From Camelus ferus (taxonomy: Eukaryota), in contig NC_045697.1 of the NCBI RefSeq assembly GCF_009834535.1, forward strand, positions 119,538,001 through 119,602,000: 64,000 nt of DNA, read 5' to 3'. The translations under genes and the position numbers were made by a program. Numbering within the stretch: the stretch's first letter is position 1; each line of letters opens with the position of its first letter. Positions 1 to 12,800 of this stretch are shown here, piece by piece. The notes beneath the pieces were generated by a model that was given only the letters and a program-made list of their open reading frames with translations, was not told the origin of the DNA and did not search any database.

Positions 1-3000
1 GGAAGTTCATATAATTACCTCCATTGTCCATGGGGAGGCCCTTGCTGATGCTTGGAATTCCAGCCCTACCCCCAGCGTTTCCTCGCAGCCCTGCCTGGGA
101 AAAACTCAGGGAATAAAATCTACAGGTTCTGTTAGAACAAAGTTGCTCCTGAAAGTTGTAGAAACCTTCCCACACTAAGGAAAATAGAACACTTCTTTGT
201 GTGTGTGATGGAGTAGGAAAACACACTAAAGGCATGTTTCTGGGGTGCAGGTGTTCCCAGGATGGGAGATTTTGTCTAATTACCTCCACTGCCCATGGGG
301 AGGCACTCTGGTTTTCTTCGTTTTCCAGCCCTACTCCCAGCTTTCCCTTGCTGCACGGGTTAGGAAAACACCCAGGGAAGACAAACTAAACAATTCTATC
401 AGAACCCCGGCGCTGCTGTCAGTTGCAGGAACCTCCACACACACAGGATTCCCAAACACGGCTTTGATTGGGGAGTTGTGAAGCCCCACTCCACACACAT
501 GGCTGGGGGCCCAAGTATTTCCCTGTTATTGAGAAGTCAGTTAATTTCCTCCACAGTGCATCTTGGGGCACTCACTGCTTCTTGGATTTTCAGCCAATTC
601 CCCAGATTTCACTCTCAGCCCGGTCTCGGAAAACACTCAGGGAAGGAAAGCTACAAGTTCTATTAGAACCCAGGCGATCCTGACATTTGTAGAAACCTCA
701 ACACTCTAAGGAAAACAGGATAATCCTTTGTGTGTGTGATGGAGTAGGAAAATACACTAAATCATATATCTGGGGTGCAGGTGTTCCCAGGATGGGAGAT
801 GTTGTCTAATTACCTCCATTGCCCATGGGGAAGCACTCCCTTCACTTCGATTTCCAGCCCTAATCTTAGCATTCCCTTGCAGCCCGACCGTGGAAAACAC
901 GCAGGGATTACAAATCTAAGACATTCTATCAGAACCAGGGCGCTGCTGTCTGTTGGAGTAACTTCCAAACATTTACGATTCCAGAACACGGCTTTGTTGG
1001 GGGGATTGTTGAAGCCCCACTGCACACACACTGTTGGGGGCACATGATACTCCCTGTTAGGGAGAAGTCTGCTAATTACATCCATAGTCCATCTAGGGGC
1101 ACTCGCTGCTACTTGGCTTTCCATACAAACCCCCAGCTTTCCCTCACAGCCCGGCCTGGGTAAACACTCAGGGATAATATGCTATTGGGTTTATAGGAAC
1201 TCAGTAGTTACCTAACTTTGTAGGAAACATCCCACACCTAGGAAAACAGAAAAAATTTTTGTGGGTCTGATGGAGATGGGTAAACAAACTCCACGCATGT
1301 TTTGGGGGGCACAGGTTTTCCAAGGCTGTGGGACGTCGGAAAAATACCTCAAATTTTCATGGGGAGTAACTTGCTGCTTCTACGAATTTCAGCCCAACCC
1401 ACAGCTTTACCTCGCAGCCAGGCCTGTGAAAACAATCACGGAAAAGAAAATACTGGTGCTTTTATATCCCAGTCGCTGTTCACAGTTGTAGAAACCTCCA
1501 CACACTCAGGAGAGCGGAACATATCTTTTTATGTAGGATTGTTTAGGAAAATACACTTCAGGCATGTTTCTGGGGGTACAGCTGTTCCCAGGTTTGGAGA
1601 TGTCGCCTAATTACCTCCAATGCCATTGGGGAGGCACTCTCTACTTCTTCACTTTCCAGACCAACTCCCAAATATCCCTTGCAGCCCGGCCTAAGTATTA
1701 ACCTATATATGACATAATTAGTGATTCTATTCAGAACCTCGTCGCTGCTGTCGGTTGGAGGTACCCAACACACTCAAAATTTCGGAACACCGCTTTGCTT
1801 GTGGGAGGTTTGGAGCCCCACACCACACAGATGTCTGTGGGCACAGGAATTCCCTGTTTATGACAAGTCCGCTAATTACCTCTACAGTCAATCTCTAGGC
1901 ACTTGTTGATACTTGGCTTTCCAGCCGAACCCCCATCTTTCCCCCGTAGCCGGCCCTGGAAGACACTCAGAGGAAATAAGCTAGTTATTCTAATGGAACG
2001 CAGGCACTGCAGACCGTTGTAGAAACCACCGCACACGAAGGATAACAGAACATATTTTTGTGTCTGACTGAGATGGTAAAACCTCCACGCATGTTTCAGG
2101 GGGTACAGGTGTTCCTAATATGTGGGAGGTCAGATACTTCCCACTACTGTCCATGGGGAGGAAATCGCTAATGCTTGGCTTTCCAGCCCATCCCCAAATT
2201 CCCTTGCAACCCAGCTTGAGAGAACACTCAGAAAATGTAGCTTAAATTTTAATTAGAACCCAGGCGCTGCTGACAGTTTTAGAAACGTCCCAATACACAG
2301 GGTAACAGAACACTTCTTTGTGTGTGTTATGTAGTAGGAAAACACACTCCATGCATGTTTCTGGGGTGCAGGTTTAACCAGGTTGTGATACGTTGGCTAA
2401 TTATCTCCAGAGACCATGGGGAGGCACTCTGTTTTTATTGGTTTTCCATCCCTACTCCCAGGTTTCCCTTGCAGCCCGAGTTAGGAAAAGACCCAGGGAT
2501 GACAGACTAAGTGATTGTATAAGAACCCTGGCGCTGCTGTCTGTTGGAGGGACCTCCAAACACACAGGATTCCCAAAGAAGGCTTTGCTTGTGTGAGTTG
2601 TGAAGCCCCACACCACACACATGGCTGTGGGCACAAGTTTTTACCTGTTAGGGAGAATTCCGCTAATTACCTCTAAAGTCCATCTCGTGGCACTCTCTGC
2701 TACTTGGACTTCCAGCCCAACCCCCAGGATTCCCTTGCAGCCCAGCCTGGGGTAACACAGAGTGAAATGAAGCTACTGGTGCGATTAGAACCCATGCGCT
2801 GAGGACAATTGTGGAAACCTTCGAACACTCAGGATAACAGAACACAACTTTCTGTGTGTGATGGAGTAGGAAAACACACTCCAGGCATTTTTTTGGGGGA
2901 TCCAGGTTTTCCCAGGTTGGGAGATGTCGGCTAGTTTCCTTCGATGCTCATGGGGAGTCACTGTCTTCTTCTTCGTTTTCAAGCCCAACTCCCAGCTTTC

Positions 3001-6000
3001 CCTTGTAGCCCGGACTAGTGAAACACTCAGGGATGAAAAATAAATGATTTTTATCAGTACCCCGGCGTTGCTGTCTGTTGGTGGATCCTCCAAACCTCAG
3101 GATTCTGGAACATGTCTTTGCATGTTGGGAGTTGTGGAGCCCCAATCCACGCAGAAGGATGGGGTCACAGATTTGTCCCTCTTAGGGAGAAGTCCGCTAA
3201 TTACATCCACAGTGCGTCTTGGGGCACTCGCTGCTTCTTGGCTTTTCAGCCAATCCCCCAGAATTCACTCGCAGCCCGGCCTTTGAAAACACTCAGGGCA
3301 AGTAAGCTAGGGTTCTATAGGAACCCAGGTGCTGCAGACAGTTGTAGGAACTTCCCCACACTCAGGGTAACAGAACAATTCTTCGAGTGTCTGATAGAGA
3401 TGGGTAAACTAACTCCACGCATGTTTCAGGTGGTAAAGGCGTTCTTAGGTTGTGGAAGTTCTTATAATTAACTCCAATGTCCATGGGGAGGCCCTTGCAG
3501 TTGCTTGCATTTCCAGCCCTACCCCCAGCGTTTCCTCGCAGCCCGGCCTGGGAAAAACTCAGGGAATAAAAGCTACAGTTTCTGTTAGAACAAAGTTGCT
3601 CCTGAAAGTTTTAGAAACCTCCCCACACTAAGGAAAATAGAACACTCCTTTGTGTGTGTGATGGAGTAGGAAAACACATTAAGGCATGTTTATGGGGTGC
3701 AGGTGTTCCCAGGATATGAGATGTTGGCTAATTACCTCCACTGCCCATGGGTATGCACTCTGATTTTCTTCGTTTTCCAGCCATTTTCCCAGCTTTCCCT
3801 TGCTGCACCGGTTATGAAAACACCCAGGGATGACAAACTAAGTACTTCTATGAGAACCCCGGCGCTGCTGTCTGTTGCAGGAACCTCCACAAACACAGGA
3901 TTCCCAAACACGGCTTTGATTGGTGAGTTGTGAAGCCCCACTCCACACACATGGCTGGGGGCACAAGTATTTCCCTGTTATTGAGAAGTCAGTTAATTTC
4001 CTCCACCGTGCATCTTGGGGCACTCACTGCTTCTTGGATTTTCAGCCAATTCCCCAGATTTCACTCTCAGCCCTGTCTCGGAAAACACTCAGGGAAGGAA
4101 AGCTACAAGTTCTATTAGAACCCAGGCGATCCTGACAGTTGTAGAAACCTCAACATACTAAGTAAAACAGAATACTCTTTTGTGTGTGTGATGGAGTAGG
4201 AAAACACACTAAAGGCATGTTTCTGGGGTGCAGGTGTTCCCAGGATGGGAGATGTTGGCTAATTACCTCCACTGCCAATGTGGAGACACTCACTTCACTT
4301 CGATTTCCAGCCCTAATCCTAGCATTCCCTTGCAGCCCGACCTTGGAAAACACCCAGGGATTAAAAATGTAAGACATTCTGTCAGAACCAGGGCGCTGCT
4401 TTCTGTTGGAGGAACCTCCAAACACTCACGATTCGGGAACACGGCTTTTTTGGGGGGAGTGCTGATGCCCCACTGCACACTCACTGCTGGGGGCACATGA
4501 TTTTCCCTGTTAGGGAGACGTCTGCTAATTACATCCATAGTCCATCTAGGGTCACTCGCTGCTACTTGGATTTCCATACCATCCCTAGCTTTCCTTCAGA
4601 GCCCGGCCTGGGTAAACACTCAGGGATAATATGTTATTGGTTGTATTGGAACCCAGTCGCTACCTACCGTTGTAGGAAACATCCCACACCTAGGATAACA
4701 GAAGAAAACTTTGTGGGTCTGATGGAAATGGGTAAACAATCTCCACGCATGTTTCGGGGGGCACAGGTGTTCCAAGGCTGTGGGACGTCGGAAAAATACC
4801 TCAAAATTTCATGGGGAGTAACTTGTTGCTTCTACGAATTTCAGCCGAACCCACAGTTTACCTCGCAGCCAGGCCTGTGAAAATAATCACGGAAAAGAAA
4901 ATACTGGTGCTATTATATCCCAGGCGCTGTTCACAGGTGTAGAAACCTCCCCACACTCAGGATAGCGGAACACATCTTTGTGTGTATAACGGTTAAGGAA
5001 AATACACTCCAGGCATTTTTCTGTCTGTACAGATGTTCTCAGGTTTGGAGATGTCGCCTAATTACCTCCACTGCCATTGGGGAGGCACTTTCTACTTCTC
5101 CGCTTTCCAGACTATCTCCCAAATTTCCCTTGCAGCCCGGCCTAAGAAAACACCTAAATATGACAATATTAGTGATTCTATTCAGAACCCCGTCGCTGCT
5201 GTCGGTTGGAGGTACCCAACACACTCAAAATTCCGGAACACGTCTTTGCTTGGGGAGGTGTAGAACCCAACACCACACAGATGCCTGGGGGCACAGGAAT
5301 TCCCTGTTTATGAGAAGTCCGCTCATTACCTCTACAGTCAATCTCTAGGCACTTGTTGCTACTTGACTTTCCAGCCGAACCCCAAGCTTTCCCTCACAGC
5401 CCGCCCTGGAAAACACTCAGAAGATATAAGCTAGTGGTTCTAATGGAACACAGGCACTGCAGACCCTTGTAGGAACCACCGCACACGCAGGATAACAGAA
5501 CATATTTTTGTGTCTCATTGAGATGGTAAAACCTCCACGCATGTTTCAGGGGGTACAGGTGGTCCTAAGTTGTGGGAGGTCAGATACTTCCCACTACTGC
5601 CCATGGGGGGAAATAGCTCCTGCTTGGCTTTCCAGCACATCTCCAGGTTCCCTTGCAACCCAGCCTGAGAGAACACTCAGAAAATATAGCTTAATTTTTA
5701 ATTACAACCCAGGCACTGCTGACAGTTGTAGAAACCTCCCAATACACAGGGTAACAGAACACGTCTTTGTGTGTGTTATGTAGTAGGAAAAGAGACTCCA
5801 TGCATGTTTCTGGGGTGCAGGTTTAACCAGGTTGGGAGACGTTGGCTAATTAACTCCAAAATCCATGGGAGGCACTCTGTTTTTCATCGTTTCCAGACAT
5901 ACTCCTAGCTTTCCCTTGCAGCACGGGTTTGGAAAACACCCAGGGATGACAGACTAAGTGATTCTATCAGAACCCTGGGGCTGCTCTCTGTTGGAGGCAC

Positions 6001-6899
6001 TTCCAAACACACAGGATTCCCAAAAATGGCTTTGCTTGGGTGAGTTGTGAAGCCCCACATCAAACACATGGCTGGGGGCACAAGTTTTTCCCTGTTAGGG
6101 AGAAGTTCGCTAATTCCCTCTACATTCAATCTCGGGGCACTCCCTGCTACATGGATTTCCAGCCCAACCCCCAGGTTTCCCTTGCAACACGGCCTGGTGT
6201 AACACAGAGAGAAAAGAAGCTACAGGTCCTATTAGTACCCATGCGATGCTGAAAATTGTGAAAACCTTCGAACACTCAGTATAATAGGACACATCTTTCT
6301 GTGTGTGATGGAGTAGGAAAACACATGCCAGGCATTTTTCTGGGGATCCAGGTTTTCCCAGGTTGGGAGATATCGGCTAGTTTCCTTCACTGCTCATGGG
6401 GAGTCACTGTCTTCTTCTTCGTTTTCAAGCCCAAATCCAAGCTTTCCCTTGTAGCCCGGACTAGTGAAACACCCAGGGATGAAAAATAAATGATTCTATC
6501 AGTTCCCCGGCGTTGCTTTCTGTTGGAGGATCCTCCAAACCCCCAGGATTCTGGAACAAGTCTTTGCATGTTTGGAGTTGTGGAGCCCCAATCCACGCAG
6601 AAGGATGGGGTCACAGACTTGTCCCTGTTAGGGAGAAGTCCGCTACTTACCTCCACAGTGCGTCTTGGGGCACTGTTTGCTTCTTGGATTTTCAGGCAAT
6701 CCCCCAGAATTCACACGCAGCCTGTCCTTTGAAAACACTCAGGGAAAGTAAGCTAGAGCTCTATAGGAACCCAGGTGCTGCAGACAGTTTTAGGAAACTC
6801 CCCACACTCAGGATAACAGAACAATTCGTCGAGTGTCTGATAGAGATGGGTAAACTAACTCCACGCATGTTTCAGGTGGTAAAGGCGTTCTTAGGTTGT
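1..6899. repeat. 26-monomer HOR, copy 1 (6899 bp; 13-mer halves 1-3453 and 3454-6899; phase set by the window start)
   Basis: GGAAGTTCATATAATTACC starts at 1 and again at 6900. Identical ORF translations recur at +6899 (201/7100, 245/7144, 775/7674, 2322/9221). The half-period variant GGAAGTTCTTATAATTAAC lies at 3454, and ORFs 245/3697 and 468/3920 are offset by 3452. Confidence 0.95.
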
Positions 6900-9800
6900 G
6901 GAAGTTCATATAATTACCTCCATTGTCCATGGGGAGGCCCTTGCTGATGCTTGGAATTCCAGCCCTACCCCCAGCGTTTCCTCGCAGCCCTGCCTGGGAA
7001 AAACTCAGGGAATAAAAGCTACAGGTTCTGTTAGAACAAAGTTGCTCCTGAAAGTTGTAGAAACCTTCCCACACTAAGGAAAATAGAACACTTCTTTGTG
7101 TGTGTGATGGAGTAGGAAAACACACTAAAGGCATGTTTCTGGGGTGCAGGTGTTCCCAGGATGGGAGATTTTGTCTAATTACCTCCACTGCCCATGGGGA
7201 GGCACTCTGGTTTTCTTCGTTTTCCAGCCCTACTCCCAGCTTTCCCTTGCTGCACGGGTTAGGAAAACACCCAGGGAAGACAAACTAAACAATTCTATCA
7301 GAACCCCGGCGCTGCTGTCAGTTGCAGGAACCTCCACACACACAGGATTCCCAAACACGGCTTTGATTGGGGAGTTGTGAAGCCCCACTCCACACACATG
7401 GCTGGGGGCCCAAGTATTTCCCTGTTATTGAGAAGTCAGTTAATTTCCTCCACAGTGCATCTTGGGGCACTCACTGCTTCTTGGATTTTCAGCCAATTCC
7501 CCAGATTTCACTCTCAGCCCGGTCTCGGAAAACACTCAGGGAAGGAAAGCTACAAGTTCTATTAGAACCCAGGCGATCCTGACATTTGTAGAAACCTCAA
7601 CACTCTAAGGAAAACAGGATAATCCTTTGTGTGTGTGATGGAGTAGGAAAATACACTAAATCATATATCTGGGGTGCAGGTGTTCCCAGGATGGGAGATG
7701 TTGTCTAATTACCTCCATTGCCCATGGGGAAGCACTCCCTTCACTTCGATTTCCAGCCCTAATCTTAGCATTCCCTTGCAGCCCGACCGTGGAAAACACG
7801 CAGGGATTACAAATCTAAGACATTCTATCAGAACCAGGGCGCTGCTGTCTGTTGGAGTAACTTCCAAACATTTACGATTCCAGAACACGGCTTTGTTGGG
7901 GGGATTGTTGAAGCCCCACTGCACACACACTGTTGGGGGCACATGATACTCCCTGTTAGGGAGAAGTCTGCTAATTACATCCATAGTCCATCTAGGGGCA
8001 CTCGCTGCTACTTGGCTTTCCATACAAACCCCCAGCTTTCCCTCACAGCCCGGCCTGGGTAAACACTCAGGGATAATATGCTATTGGGTTTATAGGAACT
8101 CAGTAGTTACCTAACTTTGTAGGAAACATCCCACACCTAGGAAAACAGAAAAAATTTTTGTGGGTCTGATGGAGATGGGTAAACAAACTCCACGCATGTT
8201 TTGGGGGGCACAGGTTTTCCAAGGCTGTGGGACGTCGGAAAAATACCTCAAATTTTCATGGGGAGTAACTTGCTGCTTCTACGAATTTCAGCCCAACCCA
8301 CAGCTTTACCTCGCAGCCAGGCCTGTGAAAACAATCACGGAAAAGAAAATACTGGTGCTTTTATATCCCAGTCGCTGTTCACAGTTGTAGAAACCTCCAC
8401 ACACTCAGGAGAGCGGAACATATCTTTTTATGTAGGATTGTTTAGGAAAATACACTTCAGGCATGTTTCTGGGGGTACAGCTGTTCCCAGGTTTGGAGAT
8501 GTCGCCTAATTACCTCCACTGCCATTGGGGAGGCAATCTCTACTTCTTCACTTTCCAGACCAACTCCCAAATATCCCTTGCAGCCCGGCCTAAGTATTAA
8601 CCTAGATATGACATAATTAGTGATTCTATTCAGAACCTCGTCGCTGCTGTCGGTTGGAGGTACCCAACACACTCAAAATTTCGGAACACCGCTTTGCTTG
8701 TGGGAGGTTTGGAGCCCCACACCACACAGATGTCTGTGGGCACAGGAATTCCCTGTTTATGACAAGTCCGCTAATTACCTCTACAGTCAATCTCTAGGCA
8801 CTTGTTGATACTTGGCTTTCCAGCCGAACCCCCATCTTTCCCCCGTAGCCGGCCCTGGAAGACACTCAGAGGAAATAAGCTAGTTATTCTAATGGAACGC
8901 AGGCACTGCAGACCGTTGTAGAAACCACCGCACACGAAGGATAACAGAACATATTTTTGTGTCTGACTGAGATGGTAAAACCTCCACGCATGTTTCAGGG
9001 GGTACAGGTGTTCCTAATATGTGGGAGGTCAGATACTTCCCACTACTGTCCATGGGGAGGAAATCGCTAATGCTTGGCTTTCCAGCCCATCCCCAAATTC
9101 CCTTGCAACCCAGCTTGAGAGAACACTCAGAAAATGTAGCTTAAATTTTAATTAGAACCCAGGCGCTGCTGACAGTTTTAGAAACGTCCCAATACACAGG
9201 GTAACAGAACACTTCTTTGTGTGTGTTATGTAGTAGGAAAACACACTCCATGCATGTTTCTGGGGTGCAGGTTTAACCAGGTTGTGATACGTTGGCTAAT
9301 TATCTCCAGAGACCATGGGGAGGCACTCTGTTTTTATTGGTTTTCCATCCCTACTCCCAGGTTTCCCTTGCAGCCCGAGTTAGGAAAAGACCCAGGGATG
9401 ACAGACTAAGTGATTGTATAAGAACCCTGGCGCTGCTGTCTGTTGGAGGGACCTCCAAACACACAGGATTCCCAAAGAAGGCTTTGCTTGTGTGAGTTGT
9501 GAAGCCCCACACCACACACATGGCTGTGGGCACAAGTTTTTACCTGTTAGGGAGAATTCCGCTAATTACCTCTAAAGTCCATCTCGTGGCACTCTCTGCT
9601 ACTTGGATTTCCAGCCCAACCGCCAGGTTTCACTTGCAGCCCAGCCTGGGGTAACACACAGTGAAAAGAAGCTACTGGTGCAATTAGAACCCATGCGCTG
9701 AGGACAATTGTGGAAACCTTCGAACACTCAGGATAACAGAACAAATCTTTCTGTGTGTGATGGAGTAGGAAAACACACGCCAGGCATTTTTTGGGGGATC

Positions 9801-12800
9801 CAGGTTTTCCCAGGTTGGGAGATTTCGGCTAGTTTCCTTCGATGTTCATGGGGAGTCACTGTTTTCTTCTTCGTTTTCAAGCCCAACTCCCAGCTTTCCT
9901 TTGTAGCCCAGACTAGTGAAACACTCAGGGATGAAAAATAAATGATTTTATCAGTACCCCGGCGTTGCTGTCTGTTGGAGGATCCTCCAAAACCTCAGGA
10001 TTGTGGAACACGTCATTGCATGTTGGGAGTTGTGGAGCCCCAATCCACGCAGAAGGATGGGGTCACAGATTTGTCCCTGTTAGGGAGAACTCCGCTAATT
10101 ACCTCCACAGTGCGTCTAAGGGCACTCGCTGTTTCTTGGCTTTTCAGCCAATCCCCCAGAATTCACTCGCAGCCCGGCCTTTGAAAACACTCAGGGCAAG
10201 TAAGCTGGGGTTCTATAGGAACCCAGGTGCTGCAGACAGTTGTAGGAACTTCCCCACACTCAGGGTAACAGAACAATTCTTCGAGTGTCTGATAGAGATG
10301 GGTAAACTAACTCCACGCATGTTTCAGGTGGTAAAGGCGTTCTTAGGTTGTGGAAGTTCTTATAATTAACTCCAATGTCCATGGGGAGGCCCTTGCAGTT
10401 GCTTGCAGTTCCAGCCCTAACCCCAGCGTTTCCTCGCAGCCCGGCCTGGGAAAAACTCAGGGAATAAAAGCTACAGTTTCTGTTAGAACAAAGTTGCTCC
10501 TGAAAGTTGTAGAAACCTCCCCACACTAAGGAAAATCGAACACTCCTTTTTGTGTGTGATGGAGTAGGAAAACACCTTAAGGCATGTTTTTGGGGTGCAG
10601 GTGTTCCCAGGATGGGAGATGTTGGCTAATTACCTCCACTGCCCATGGGTATGCACTCTGATTTTCTTCGTTTTCCAGCCATTTTCCCAGCTTTCCCTTG
10701 CTGCACCGGTTATGAAAACACCCAGGGATGACAAACTAAGTACTTCTATGAGAACCCCGGCGCTGCTGTCTGTTGCAGGAACCTCCACAAACACAGGATT
10801 CCCAAACACGGCTTTGATTGGTGAGTTGTGAAGCCCCACTCCACACACATGGCTGGGGGCACAAGTATTTCCCTGTTATTGAGAAGTCAGTTAATTTCCT
10901 CCACCGTGCATCTTGGGGCACTCACTGCTTCTTGGATTTTCAGCCAATTCCCCAGATTTCACTCTCAGCCCTGTCTCGGAAAACACTCAGGGAAGGAAAG
11001 CTACAAGTTCTATTAGAACCCAGGCGATCCTGACAGTTGTAGAAACCTCAACATACTAAGAAAAACAGAATACTCTTTTGTGTGTGTGATGGAGTAGGAA
11101 AACACACTAAAGGCATGTTTCTGGGGTGCAAGTGTTCCCAGGATGGGAGATATTGGCTAATTACCTCCACTGCCAATGTGGAGACACTCACTTCACTTCG
11201 ATTTCCAGCCCTAATCCTAGCATTCCCTTGCAGCCCGACCTTGGAAAACACCCAGGGATTAAAAATGTAAGACATTCTGTCAGAACCAGGGCGCTGCTTT
11301 CTGTTGGAGGAACATCCAATCACTCACGATTCGGGAACACGGCTTTGTTGGGGGGAGTGCTGATGCCCCACTGCACACTCACTGCTGGGGGCACATGATT
11401 TTCCCTGTTAGGGAGACGTCTGCTAATTACATCCATAGTCCATCTAGGGTCACTCGCTGCTACTTGGATTTCCATACCATCCCTAGCTTTCCTTCAGAGC
11501 CCGGCCTGGGTAAACACTCAGGGATAATATGTTATTGGTTGTATTGGAACCCAGTCGCTACCTACCGTTGTAGGAAACATCCCACACCTAGGATAACAGA
11601 AGAAAACTTTGTGGGTCTGATGGAAATGGGTAAACAATCTCCACGCATGTTTCGGGGGGCACAGGTGTTCCAAGGCTGTGGGACGTCGGAAAAATACCTC
11701 AAAATTTCATGGGGAGTAACTTGTTGCTTCTACGAATTTCAGCCGAACCCACAGTTTACCTCGCAGCCAGGCCTGTGAAAATAATCACGGAAAAGAAAAT
11801 ACTGGTGCTATTATATCCCAGGCGCTGTTCACAGGTGTAGAAACCTCCCCACACTCAGGATAGCGGAACACATCTTTGTGTGTATGACGGTTAAGGAAAA
11901 TACACTCCAGGCATTTTTCTGTCTGTACAGCTGTTCTCAGGTTTGGAGATGTCGCCTAATTACCTCCACTGCCATTGGGGTGGCACTTTCTACTTCTCCG
12001 CTTTCCAGACTATCTCCCAAATTTCCCTTGCAGCCCGGCCTAAGAAAACACCTAAATATGACAATATTAGTGATTCTATTCAGAACCCCCGTCGCTGCTG
12101 TCGGTTGGAGGTACCCCAACACACTCAAAATTCCGGAACACGTCTTTGCTTGGGGAGGTGTAGAACCCAACACCACACAGATGCCTGGGGGCACAGGAAT
12201 TCCCTGTTTATGAGAAGTCCGCTCATTACCTCTACAGTCAATCTCTAGGCACTTGTTGCTACTTGGCTTTCCAGCCGAACCCCAAGCTTTCCCTCACAGC
12301 CCGCCCTGGAAAACACTCAGAAGATATAAGCTAGTGGTTCTAATGGAACACAGGCACTGCAGACCCTTGTAGGAACCACCGCACACGCAGGATAACAGAA
12401 CATATTTTTGTGTCTCATTGAGATGGTAAAACCTCCACGCATGTTTCAGGGGGTACAGGTGGTCCTAAGTTGTGGGAGGTCAGATACTTCCCACTACTGC
12501 CCATGGGGGGAAATAGCTCCTGCTTGGCTTTCCAGCACATCCCCAGGTTCCCTTGCAACCCAGCCTGAGAGAACACTCAGAAAATATATCTTAATTTTTA
12601 ATTACAACCCAGGCGCTGCTGACAGTTGTAGAAACCTCCCAATACACAGGGTAACAGAACACGTCTTTGTGTGTGTTATGTAGTAGGAAAACAGACTCCA
12701 TGCATGTTTCTGTGGTGCAGGTTTAACCAGGTTGGGAGACGTTGGCTAATTAACTCCAAAATCCATGGGGAGGCACTCTGTTTTTCATCGTTCCCAGACC

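Noticed and set aside
195..210. (GT)n microsatellite
   Set aside because: Only 4-5 units and an integral part of the A-class monomer.
2474..2490. CENP-B-box-like CCCGAGTTAGGAAAA (also CCCGGGTTAGGAAAA and TTCGTTTTCAAGCCC)
   Set aside because: At best 7 of the 9 essential positions of NTTCGNNNNANNCGGGN match, and the second CpG is missing. I saw no perfect box by eye; a motif scan should confirm.
5225..5242. Heat-shock-element or STAT-like dyads (AATTCCGGAAC; TTCTATTAGAA)
   Set aside because: Only two nGAAn units are present where three are typically needed, and the TTC-N5-GAA spacing does not fit GAS (N3/N4). No functional evidence.
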